In this document: positions 1 through 8,986 of the stretch, piece by piece
Layout: each line of letters begins with the position of its first letter
Position numbering within the stretch: the stretch's first letter is position 1
Source: a candidate division FCPU426 bacterium
GTDB lineage: Bacteria; Oederibacteriota; Muellerivitia; Muellerivitales; Muellerivitaceae
DNA: 64,000 nucleotides
Reading direction: 5' to 3'
Assembly (NCBI GenBank): GCA_963796105.1
Contig: CAWCKJ010000007.1
Coordinates: forward strand, 96,001 to 160,000
The notes under the pieces: generated by a model
Database searches by the model: none
What the model was told of the DNA's origin: nothing
What the model saw: only the letters and a program-made list of their open reading frames with translations
Made by a program: the position numbers and the translations under genes

Positions 1-177
1 CCCGGAAACGTGAAACTCTCCGCGCGCAAAACGGGTCTTCCGAAGGATTCGGTGGCCAACGTGTCCCAAATCATCACACTGGATAAAACCTTCCTGCGGG
101 ATAAATCGGGAAAATTGGATGAACTGACGGTATCCCGCGTTGAAGACGGGTTAAAACTTTTGTTGAATTTGAAATAA
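1..177 (+). CDS. PemK/MazF-family toxin, C-terminal part (5' end outside window)
   Basis: Frame 1 translated by hand: PGNVKLSARKTGLPKDSVANVSQIITLDKTFLRDKSGKL...LK*, the typical PemK/MazF C-terminal motif. Stop at 175-177. Confidence 0.8.
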   Translation, partial: PGNVKLSARKTGLPKDSVANVSQIITLDKTFLRDKSGKLDELTVSRVEDGLKLLLNLK

Positions 178-190
178 AACCTTGCGCCAT

Positions 191-1211
191 TGGAAAATAA
201 GGGTCAGGTCTTGAAAACGGCATTACGAATCTTTTCCTCAAGACCCTTTTCCTCACGAATGCGTTTCTTCATCCTTGCCACCGCATGGCTTACCGCGGAG
301 TATTTTACCCCCATCTTCTTAGCCACTTCCCCTAAACTTAATCGGCATATCTGACGCAAGGCCCATACCGCCGCTTCCCGCCCTTCGTTTTTCCGCCGGG
401 TCGGAACCACCATATCTTTCACCATAATCCCATGCATTTTCCCGATCTTTTTCAGCGTTTCCTCGGCATCCGGCAAGCCCAATTTCTGTTGTTCCCTGTG
501 CGCCTCATGGTGATGCTTCCCCCTAATCTTCCCTTTAATGTGCTCCTCAAAACTTTTTCCCCCCAATATGATCTGCGATGTTACTTGCTCCCATGGGCTC
601 TCTTTCTTCCTCAAACCTTCCAACACGAATTTCCGGTACAAACCCTGCGCCTCATGTTTCACTTTTCCAAACTGTTCCAAAAGCCATTTATTTTCCACCC
701 ATTCCGGCTCGGTCTCATAACCTGCCGTAGCCCGGTAACTGCTCCATTTCCATTCCTTCGGATGCTTGACCATCTTGGCCCGGACCGGATTCAAGACCAC
801 ATACCTGCATAATTCCTTTAAATAACTATCCTTATGGACCAAAATCGCCTTATAACGCCCCTGGTACAAATGTCCCGCGCGGTTGTGACGCCGGTTGAAT
901 CGAAGGGTATAAATTCCATTTAAGTGGCGGAGGGCTTGGGAAAGATTAGCTTCGGGGGTTTCTACCAGCAAATGGTAATGGTTATCCATCAACACCCAGG
1001 CATGAACGACCACCCCGTAAGAATCAACGGTATCCGCCAACGCCCGAATAAAAAGCCACCGGTCCTTGTCATCGCGAACGATAGGTCTTCGTTCGTTCCC
1101 GCGGGAGGTGATGTGATATACAGCGCCTGGATATTGAATTCTTAAGGGACGTGCCATTTCAGTATCTTAATCCGCCCTTATGCCGTTTTCAAGACCTGAC
1201 CCTTGTGTTCT
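191..1211 (-). mobile_element. IS-like element, copy 1: Y1/HUH transposase between 25-bp inverted repeats
   Basis: Perfect inverted repeat AAGGGTCAGGTCTTGAAAACGGCAT (199-223) / ATGCCGTTTTCAAGACCTGACCCTT (1180-1204). Near-identical second copy at 3762-4782; shared sequence ends at about 1211. Outer limits are approximate. Confidence 0.85.
204..1157 (-). CDS. Y1/HUH (RAYT-like, IS200 superfamily) transposase with C-terminal HTH
   Basis: MARPLR..YHITSRGN start, HUH motif NHYHLL, catalytic Tyr in YVVLNPVRA, WSSY motif, C-terminal SLGEVAKKMG..YSAVSHA helix-turn-helix. Confidence 0.92.
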   Translation of the reverse strand: MARPLRIQYPGAVYHITSRGNERRPIVRDDKDRWLFIRALADTVDSYGVVVHAWVLMDNHYHLLVETPEANLSQALRHLNGIYTLRFNRRHNRAGHLYQGRYKAILVHKDSYLKELCRYVVLNPVRAKMVKHPKEWKWSSYRATAGYETEPEWVENKWLLEQFGKVKHEAQGLYRKFVLEGLRKKESPWEQVTSQIILGGKSFEEHIKGKIRGKHHHEAHREQQKLGLPDAEETLKKIGKMHGIMVKDMVVPTRRKNEGREAAVWALRQICRLSLGEVAKKMGVKYSAVSHAVARMKKRIREEKGLEEKIRNAVFKT

Positions 1212-1569
1212 GCCCGTCATCATTTTCTCGGTCCTGGGGGAACAAAAGGACATCCAAAAAGGGATGGATTTAGGGGCCAACGATTACACCGTGAAGGGTT
1301 TTTATACTCCCCGGCAAATCCTCAGCAAGATCAAGGATTTGATGACGAAAGCCGGCCCCGCAAAAGGGGGCGCTTCTTTCAAGGTGAAGGTGATGGATGG
1401 CACGGAGGACGCTCCCCTTCTTTGGTCGGAATTGGGGTTTACCAGCAAGAACAAATGTCCCCAGTGCCAGGGTGAACTGGTATTGGAGCTGTTTCCGGAC
1501 TATGTCCACAATGAGGGCCATTGGTTCACGGCGCACTTCCTTTGCGGCAAGTGCAACAAAGCCTATTAA
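1212..1569 (+). pseudogene. 5'-truncated response regulator with C-terminal CxxC...CxxC domain
   Basis: PVIIFSVLGE..GANDYTVKGFYTPRQILSKI matches the second half of 2437-3081. The N-terminal receiver part is missing; the ORF-track start lies inside the element's inverted repeat. Confidence 0.8.
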
Positions 1570-2436
1570 ATTAACCCACCCCTACCCAAAGAATTTAGCC
1601 ACGGATGTGCCAATCTTCCAAAAACCTTTACGGAGATTGGTACGATACCAGCCCCAATATCATCCTAATGGAAGGCTGGCATGCATGGAATTCATGGGAT
1701 TTAAAACGCATTTTGATCATGTTCTATGGTTAAGCTGACAGCCGATGGAAAAATTAATTTTTCCACGGTCTGTAGGCTTGACCATAACGCCCATCGGGCG
1801 CAAGAGCCGTGCTCTTGTCATGATCTGAGACATTTTTGAATTATTCATTGTACATTTTTCATTTTGTTCATTTTTATTCATCCCCCTGCATGCCGAACCT
1901 CATTAAAGCCTTCAATGAAAGTTCGGTATAGTGCCGATTTCCTCAAATGCTTCAGGGTTGAATCAGCACATCCCCTGAATCCGTGCCGATCATCCATAAA
2001 GATATATTGAGATCGGTACTGTACCAGCCTTCTTCTATTGCCTTATGGCAGGCTGGCACGTGGCAAAGACTTGTCTTGCTTAACGCCTTTTAGAATTAAA
2101 AACATCTAATTTTGTTTATCTTTGTTAACTTGATTTATTAATCGAAAAATCATGAAACTTGTCATTCAATCCCATAAATGTGCAAAAGCCTCCTTCTCCA
2201 CTATCGTCATGACAACGTCGAATAAATTGGGAATTCCCCAGGACCCGAGGGATAATTTTCTTATCTCGGCGCGTGATTGTCTTCATCCTGCCAGGACGCC
2301 GTCAATACCAAGCAAGCTTTTCCCCGCTTTGTTTCTTTAGCACCCCATGAATTTTTTGGAACAAGCTTGCTGTTTCCCGGCAACCCATTTTCATCAAGAG
2401 ATCCCAGCCACAATCATCATTCCAGGAGGAACCATC

Positions 2437-3081
2437 ATGCAAAATGAAACTACTCAATCCCCAAACGAGGTTAAACCTTTGGCCGAGAAGGGGAAAAAAG
2501 GAACCATACTGATCATGGAGGACCAGCGCGGCTTTCGCAGGGTTTACAAGGATGTCCTGGAGGCGGATGGTTACGCGGTGATTGAGAGCACCAACGGCGA
2601 GGAAGGCTGGGATATGATCCTGGCCCATAAGCCGGACCTGGTTCTTTTGGACTTGGGGCTTCCGGTGCTGGACGGATTCCAGGTCCTCGAGAAAATCCGC
2701 CGGAGCGGGCAGACCAAGGATATTCCCGTCATTATTTTCTCGGTTCTCGGGGAACCCCGGGATGTCCAAAAAGCCCTTCAAATGGGCGCCAACGACTATA
2801 CCGTCAAGGGGTTTTATACGCCCAGGCAGATCCTGAGCAAGATCCGGGATCTCCTGCACGACCGCCAGAAAAAAGCCGTGAAAAATTCCTACCGGCTCCA
2901 TATCAAGACCGGCCAGGGCAACGAGCCCCAGCTCCAGCAGGATCTAGGGATGGAAGCCGGCCTCAAGTGCGCCCAATGCCTGGTCGTCCTGGAAGCGGAA
3001 TTTTTCCCTGATTACGCCCGCTCCGACGGCCACTGGTTCGCCGCCCGCCTGGTTTGCCCCAACTGCGGAAAACCTTTTTAG
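2437..3081 (+). CDS. Response regulator: receiver domain plus putative zinc ribbon
   Basis: ILIMED, PDLVLLDLGLP.LDG and TVKG receiver motifs; CAQC...CPNC at the C-terminus; AGGAGG precedes ATG 2437. Confidence 0.85.
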   Translation: MQNETTQSPNEVKPLAEKGKKGTILIMEDQRGFRRVYKDVLEADGYAVIESTNGEEGWDMILAHKPDLVLLDLGLPVLDGFQVLEKIRRSGQTKDIPVIIFSVLGEPRDVQKALQMGANDYTVKGFYTPRQILSKIRDLLHDRQKKAVKNSYRLHIKTGQGNEPQLQQDLGMEAGLKCAQCLVVLEAEFFPDYARSDGHWFAARLVCPNCGKPF

Positions 3082-3230
3082 GAACAAGGATATTCGGCGG
3101 ACGCAAACAAGAAAGCGGCGTCTCATGGACAACTTGGGGACGCGGGATTCAAGCGGGGGATTTCAGGGCCTTAAGTGATTCCGTTGTTAAACAACTGGAA
3201 TAAGCGGGACAATTATTTCCCCGAAGAACT

Positions 3231-3557
3231 TTAAGCGTGGGTTAATTGTTTCGTTCGATTGCCAACACCCGTCACAATTTTGAAGCGCAAACCCATAGGC
3301 GCCAATACACGCGTTAGGTTCCGGTACATGGGGTTTCCATCCTTCGAAACAATCGCGGTAATGGCTTGGCGGGACAAATGGGCTTCGCGGGCAAGCCAAG
3401 TTTTTCCTCCCATTGCTTTAGCGCAATCATTGAGGCAGGCCAGGAGAATTCCGGGATCGCCATCCTCCAAAGCGGCGTTTAAATATCCGGCCCTTTCTTT
3501 AGGATCTTTCAGCTTTTTAAGCAAATATTCCTTGTAACTTCCCGATGTTTTATCCAT
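3231..3557 (-). CDS. Addiction-module antidote protein (HTH antitoxin)
   Basis: YLNAALEDGDP..LL..L...AKA.GG...LA.EA.LSR......S..GNP pattern; GGAGG RBS; lies downstream of a RelE-like remnant. Confidence 0.85.
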   Translation of the reverse strand: MDKTSGSYKEYLLKKLKDPKERAGYLNAALEDGDPGILLACLNDCAKAMGGKTWLAREAHLSRQAITAIVSKDGNPMYRNLTRVLAPMGLRFKIVTGVGNRTKQLTHA

Positions 3558-3582
3558 AACGAAACCTCCATTTATCCAATGA

Positions 3583-3761
3583 TCAATCCTTCTTTTTCCC
3601 TTTCGCTTCTAGGACTTTTCTCGCCTTAAAATCCGCCCAATACTCATGGGCCTTAGCGACATCACTTTCCTGCCTTTTCTTCGTTCCCCCGTGAATAGCA
3701 AAACAACCTTTTGTTCCTCAGTTAACGCGTAATAAATCCTATAACCAGGTCCGAATTCGAA
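3583..3761 (-). pseudogene. RelE/ParE addiction-module killer toxin, 5'-truncated and frameshifted
   Basis: FGPGYRIYY...VVLLFTG, then after a one-base shift in a G5 run GTKKRQESDVAKAHEYWADFK...*. The 5' end is replaced by element copy 2. Confidence 0.75.
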
Positions 3762-4782
3762 TAGAACATAAGGGTCAGGTCTTGTAAACGGCATTACGAA
3801 TCTTTTCCTCAAGACCCTTTTCCTCACGAATGCGTTTCTTCATCCTTGCCACCGCATGGCTTACCGCGGAGTATTTTACCCCCATCTTCTTAGCCACTTC
3901 CCCTAAACTTAATCGGCATATCTGACGCAAGGCCCATACCGCCGCTTCCCGCCCTTCGTTTTTCTGCCGGGTCGGAACCACCATATCTTTCACCATAATC
4001 CCATGCATTTTCCCGATCTTTTTCAGCGTTTCCTCGGCATCCGGCAAGCCCAATTTCTGTTGTTCCCTGTGCGCCTCATGGTGATGCTTCCCCCTAATCT
4101 TCCCTTTAATGTGCTCCTCAAAACTTTTCCCCCCCAATATGATCTGCGATGTTACTTGCTCCCATGGGCTCTCTTTCTTCCTCAAACCTTCCAACACGAA
4201 TTTCCGGTACAAACCCCGCGCCTTATGTTTCACTTTTCCAAACTGTTCCAAAAGCCATTTATTTTCCACCCATTCCGGCTCGGTCTCATAACCTGCCGTA
4301 GCCCGGTAACTGCTCCATTTCCATTCCTTCGGATGCTTGACCATCTTGGCCCGGACCGGATTCAAGACCACATACCTGCATAATTCCTTTAAATAACTAT
4401 CCTTATGGACCAAAATCGCCTTATAACGCCCCTGGTACAAATGTCCCGCGCGGTTGTGACGCCGGTTGAATCGAAGGGTATAAATTCCATTTAAGTGGCG
4501 GAGGGCTTGGGAAAGATTAGCTTCGGGGGTTTCTACCAGCAAATGGTAATGGTTATCCATCAACACCCAGGCATGAACGACCACCCCGTAAGAATCAACG
4601 GTATCCGCCAACGCCCGAATAAAAAGCCACCGGTCCTTGTCATCGCGAACGATAGGTCTTCGTTCGTTCCCGCGGGAGGTGATGTGATATACAGCGCCTG
4701 GATATTGAATTCTTAAGGGACGTGCCATTTCAGTATCTTAATCCGCCCTTATGCCGTTTTCAAGACCTGACCCTTGTGTTCT
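3762..4782 (-). mobile_element. IS-like element, copy 2 (Y1/HUH transposase, inverted repeats)
   Basis: Inverted repeat 3770-3794 / 4751-4775 with one mismatch, extendable outward (AGAACAT / GTGTTCT). Same orientation as copy 1. Confidence 0.85.
3775..4728 (-). CDS. Y1/HUH (RAYT-like) transposase, copy 2
   Basis: 317 aa; four visible residue differences from copy 1 (HEAQG/HKARG, TRRK/TRQK, VFKT/VYKT). Confidence 0.92.
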   Translation of the reverse strand: MARPLRIQYPGAVYHITSRGNERRPIVRDDKDRWLFIRALADTVDSYGVVVHAWVLMDNHYHLLVETPEANLSQALRHLNGIYTLRFNRRHNRAGHLYQGRYKAILVHKDSYLKELCRYVVLNPVRAKMVKHPKEWKWSSYRATAGYETEPEWVENKWLLEQFGKVKHKARGLYRKFVLEGLRKKESPWEQVTSQIILGGKSFEEHIKGKIRGKHHHEAHREQQKLGLPDAEETLKKIGKMHGIMVKDMVVPTRQKNEGREAAVWALRQICRLSLGEVAKKMGVKYSAVSHAVARMKKRIREEKGLEEKIRNAVYKT

Positions 4783-5612
4783 TGTCCAGCCCCGCCATGC
4801 CGGTAGCTAAAACCCTCATGCCGGTAGGTGATCCCCGCCATGCCGGTAGGCAACCACTCCATGCCGGTAGGTGATCCCCGCCATGCCGGTAGGCAACCAC
4901 TCCATGCCGGTAGTTGAATCCCCCATGCCGGTAGTCCAGCCCCGCCATGCCGGTAGCTAAAACCCTCATGCCGGTAGGCGACCCCCACCATGCCGGTAGC
5001 TGAAACCCCCATGCCGGTAGGTGATCCCCGCCATGCCGGTAGGCAACCACTCCATGCCGGTAGTTGAATCCCCCATGCCGGTAGTCCAGCCCCGCCATGC
5101 CGGTAGCTAAAACCCTCATGCCGGTAGGCGACCCCCACCATGCCGGTAGCTGAAACCCCCTGCCGGTAGTCCAGCCCCGCCATGCCGGTAGCTAAAACCC
5201 TCATGCCGGTAGTCCAGCCCCGCCATGCCGGTAGCTAAAACCCTCATGCCGGTAGTCCAGCCCCGCCATGCCGGTAGCTAAAACCCTCATGCCGGTAGGT
5301 GACCCCCACCATGCCGGTAGCTAAAACCCTCATGCCGGTAGTTGAAAGCCCCATTCCGGTAGGCGACCCCGTCCATGCCGGTAGCTGAAACCCCCATGCC
5401 GGTAGGTGATCCCCGCCATGCCGGTAGCTAAAACCCTCATGCCGGTAGGTGACCCCCGCCATGCCGGTAGTTGAAAGCCCCATTCCGGTAGGCGACCCCG
5501 GCCATGCCGGTAGCAGAAACCCTCATGCCGGTAGGCAACCTCCGCCATGCCGGTAGTTGAAAGCCTCATGCCGGTAGGCGATCCCCGCCATGCCGGTAGT
5601 CGAGACCCCGTC
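4783..5612. repeat. Tandem array: 38 CATGCCGGTAG cores separated by 10-11 nt variable spacers
   Basis: Cores counted by hand from 4796 to 5599; period 21-22 nt; two CATT variants and one core lacking its A; 150-bp internal duplication 4860-5009 / 5010-5159. Confidence 0.97.
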
Positions 5613-5770
5613 CAATGTCGCCGGAAAACTGGCTCTCGAAAGAAGTAAGGGATTAGAGGCATTTTAAACATTGGATTTATTAGGCAACTACAAAAAAATG
5701 TCTTTTGGAGGGAAAAAGTTTGCCTGGGAATCATTTCGAATGGGAAAAGGGCCGGATTCAGGCCTATTTC

Positions 5771-6442
5771 TTAAATCTTATCGAGCAAGGACTGGAGGCC
5801 GGTAAAATCTGGCAAGATATGTTCCGCCCCGGCTTCCCGGAGGGCCGGTTCGTTCCCGCCGGAGTCGATCCCTATAAACCCCCACCCGAGGGCCTTGGCG
5901 GCCTGGATGTCCCAAATCCAATCCCCGACATAAACGACCTTCTCAAAAGTCACGCCCTTTAGGGCTTTCGTGGCTTTGGTCAGGGCCGCCAGGAGGATCC
6001 ATTCCCGGACCTTGCCGTCATCGGCTGAGGCGAAGGGGATATTCCTGGGGTCAAACCCGGCGCTTTGGAGCTTGTATCTTCCCGCGAACTCCCAATTTCC
6101 CGTCGCGATGGCGGCGGTCCAATCGGACCCGCTTAAAAGCCCCCTCAGGCACTCTTTGGCGCCCGGCATCTCCCCAAAGGGGGCATTTCCATATTCCTTC
6201 TCAAGCCAGGAAGCCATGCTCTTCTTGACCTTCTCGATATCCTGGAGCGCGCAAGGCCGTTTCAAGTCCTTTTCGAATATCTCGGAGAGAACGCCCGAAT
6301 CGGTGGAATGGGCATAAGCCGACCAGTCGTCCTTGATCGTGATCCCGAAGGTTTCCTTGAGGGCCCGGATATAGGCGATGTCGTTCCTTTTCCGGTGGTA
6401 TTGGACCAGCGTGCCATCAATGTCGAACACGGCTAATTTCAT
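5771..6442 (-). CDS. HAD-superfamily hydrolase
   Basis: Motif I FDIDGTL, motif II ATGN, motif IV YVGDWIWD. Confidence 0.9.
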   Translation of the reverse strand: MKLAVFDIDGTLVQYHRKRNDIAYIRALKETFGITIKDDWSAYAHSTDSGVLSEIFEKDLKRPCALQDIEKVKKSMASWLEKEYGNAPFGEMPGAKECLRGLLSGSDWTAAIATGNWEFAGRYKLQSAGFDPRNIPFASADDGKVREWILLAALTKATKALKGVTFEKVVYVGDWIWDIQAAKALGWGFIGIDSGGNEPALREAGAEHILPDFTGLQSLLDKI

Positions 6443-6808
6443 TTTTATTTAACTCTTCTAATTTTTTTGGCCGAATATCTGCGGTTTTTAATATTTCATT
6501 TCAAAGCCGTTTACGCCATATCTGATTAATTCTTTTCCGCGTCCAAGGGACGACTCGCCGCACCCCATATCAGCCTTCCATAAACCTGATAGTGAGACTG
6601 GCATAGTACCGATTTCTATTACCGTTTTGTTGTAAATCGCTGCAGTGTAGGGCAGGGCTTAGGGCCGCCATGTGGCCTATTTCTGAAATCAGCCGGGCAT
6701 CCATCTTAAGATTACCCACATTAGAATTTTCCTTTGCCCGCTCACCGGCACCGCACGAATGAAAACCCATAGACTAAAAGCGGGGAAAGAGTCTTCGCCC
6801 AAACGAAT

Positions 6809-8731
6809 TTATTTATGGATATTCAAGTAAAAATATACCGCAATTAAAGCAGCCAAGAGAACTAGTAAGGGAATTAAATTACGCCTCTTGTTTTCGCCGT
6901 CAGCCTTCTGGCTAAGAAAATTTAACCCATTTCCTTCGCCGGTTTCTTTCTGTTTCCCCAGGCCCGCCAGTTTCCAGAATACGCAATTTAAATAAAATTT
7001 GACCCGTTTGGGGTTAACCGGATCCACAAGGAGAAGTGGGAAATCAAAAGAGCCGGTATTAGAATTCAATACTTTCCGTATCGTTTGGCCGCGGAATGAA
7101 TAATCAATGACGTACCAATCGCCCCTGCCTATACGCCCGCGCTTCCTATCAACGATCCTTCCCATTACGGGCAAGCCGTTTTTCAGGTAGTGATAGCCTG
7201 TCAACAAGTCGGGTAGCGAAAACATTAAAGGTCCAAAAAAAATCAGTAAAAATACCGTGCTCCAGGCAAGCATAAAAATTTGAAAATTGTCGTGCTCAAT
7301 GAAAGCGGCCAATACCAAGGCGATAATTCCCGCTGTGGCCGCGATACCAAAAAGCAGTTTCGGGTCAAACCACACTTTTCGCGGCGTGGACATTGCCTCT
7401 AACCGTCTCATGATTTCCAAGTTTAATTCGTTTCCTTTGATCTTTTCATCCAATCGTCCTTTTTGCCGGTTATCGCCCAGGTTCTCGTCTTCAGGCCTTT
7501 CCGGCCATACCGCAGATGATGATTCCTTGGGCGGAAACCATAAATCCGGCAAAAAAAACATTAAAAAAGACAGAACAAGGTAATCCCAGAAAAACAAGGT
7601 CTTACCAAGATCAGAAAAGCTCTTACCAAGTGTAATAATCGAACCCAAGTAAACTGGTCCCGCGAAGTAACCATAGGCCGCGGCGGCCGACAGGGCCGCT
7701 TTAAGCGGGTAGTACGCCTTCCCCCTTGTGGGTCCCTCCACGGTGATTAAACCGGCCACCAACAGGCCGACCGCCAGAAGAACAAAAAGGGCGCCGCAGC
7801 ATCTGTAAACGTCCAGCATGGAAAACCAGGGTGTTCTCATGGGCGGCTTGAATGGGGGCAGGCGCGAATAGTATTCCCGGAGGTTTTTTTCCGTTGCTTC
7901 TTTCATCGCTTTATTTGACGCCTCGGTCTCGTAATCGGCGAGCCCGATGACGGTGTAAGGGTTCTTTTCACCGTAATAATATCTCTCGGATTTGACCAAG
8001 CCGATATTTTTCGTGTAATAATTTTTAATTTTTTCGATCCAGTGGTTGTCCTTGACGTCTTTCGCCGGACCTATATTTTTAGCGTGGCCAACATTTAATG
8101 AGTCCATCAAGCGGGTGATCCTCGCGTCTTTAAGATAACATTCTTCCTCGACAATAACGCAATCCAGATAGCCGCCAGATCGATTTTTGTATTTACCATA
8201 GTAAGACTTAGCGCGGTAATAATAGTCGACGGCGAAACCATGGGCGTTTTCCTTCCATTCAACGGGATGGTTTTTTTGGGGCATCTTTAATAAATAAAAA
8301 TCATGAAATTTAAGTTTGTTAACGGAACTGTTAAAGCCTTCCCTATTACCCTCGTCAATCGCCTTCAGCTCAATTGAGTCATTCGTAAAATACAGCTCGT
8401 ATCCATTGAACATGTCTGAAAGATTAATATTGGAGAACAACGACACATAATGATGTTTCAAATCCTCCTCGGTCACATAACCGCTGTAGTTTTGATCGTC
8501 AATTTCATTGTAAAAATAAGCCTTTTGGTTTTGACCCGGATGAACTTTGTTGAAGTAGTAACTAAGAGTCTGCTTTTCCGAGTGATCCGGGGCCAAAAAC
8601 TCCGATTTTATTTCATAGCTGTTGACCGAACCAGGTACCATGGGCTGGAAATAATCCCTTGCGGCCGGGGCTTTCGCCCAGGCGTTTACGCCGGCGCTTA
8701 AAATCAATAGGGTTACAATCCACTTTTTCAA
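6809..8731 (-). CDS. Hypothetical membrane protein (signal peptide, soluble domain, several TM helices)
   Basis: 640-aa ORF with N-terminal signal peptide MKKWIVTLLILSAGVNAWA and hydrophobic segments in the C-terminal half. Confidence 0.75.
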   Translation of the reverse strand: MKKWIVTLLILSAGVNAWAKAPAARDYFQPMVPGSVNSYEIKSEFLAPDHSEKQTLSYYFNKVHPGQNQKAYFYNEIDDQNYSGYVTEEDLKHHYVSLFSNINLSDMFNGYELYFTNDSIELKAIDEGNREGFNSSVNKLKFHDFYLLKMPQKNHPVEWKENAHGFAVDYYYRAKSYYGKYKNRSGGYLDCVIVEEECYLKDARITRLMDSLNVGHAKNIGPAKDVKDNHWIEKIKNYYTKNIGLVKSERYYYGEKNPYTVIGLADYETEASNKAMKEATEKNLREYYSRLPPFKPPMRTPWFSMLDVYRCCGALFVLLAVGLLVAGLITVEGPTRGKAYYPLKAALSAAAAYGYFAGPVYLGSIITLGKSFSDLGKTLFFWDYLVLSFLMFFLPDLWFPPKESSSAVWPERPEDENLGDNRQKGRLDEKIKGNELNLEIMRRLEAMSTPRKVWFDPKLLFGIAATAGIIALVLAAFIEHDNFQIFMLAWSTVFLLIFFGPLMFSLPDLLTGYHYLKNGLPVMGRIVDRKRGRIGRGDWYVIDYSFRGQTIRKVLNSNTGSFDFPLLLVDPVNPKRVKFYLNCVFWKLAGLGKQKETGEGNGLNFLSQKADGENKRRNLIPLLVLLAALIAVYFYLNIHK

Positions 8732-8869
8732 AAGGCCCTCTTTCCGGCGAGATAACAGCGGTTCAAACCCAATGATGATGTCTCATTGCCGATAGCGACA
8801 AATAATAATAACAGCGTCAGGAGTAGCCCTGGATTTTCGAGGCTCTCTTGAAACAATACCCCCCGTAAA

Positions 8870-8986
8870 CTACCTCAAGACCAGCCACTTGAGGATTTGC
8901 CTTTGCCCCTTCACCGTTACCGCCACGTAATAAAGCCCGTCGGCCAGGGGAACGCCGTCCTGATCCGCCAAGGGAAGGGGCAATAC
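8870..8986 (-). repeat. 117-bp direct repeat, copy 1 (last 38 codons plus stop of the hydrolase gene)
   Basis: Matches 12172-12288 with one mismatch (GAACGCC/GAATGCC). Confidence 0.95.

Noticed and set aside
1570..2340. Short ORFs between the two response regulators
   Set aside because: No recognisable product; may be decayed gene or promoter sequence.
3123..3132. TCATGGACAA resembling the hairpin's right arm
   Set aside because: Only 10 nt, with no loop or left arm; could be chance.
4783..5612. CRISPR array
   Set aside because: The 11-nt repeat and 10-11 nt spacers are far too short, spacers recur, and there are no cas genes in the window.
4749..5734. Repetitive ORFs (LPAW/YRH/TGM) over the array
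   Set aside because: The mixed 21/22-nt period cycles through all frames, so these ORFs are by-products of the repeat.
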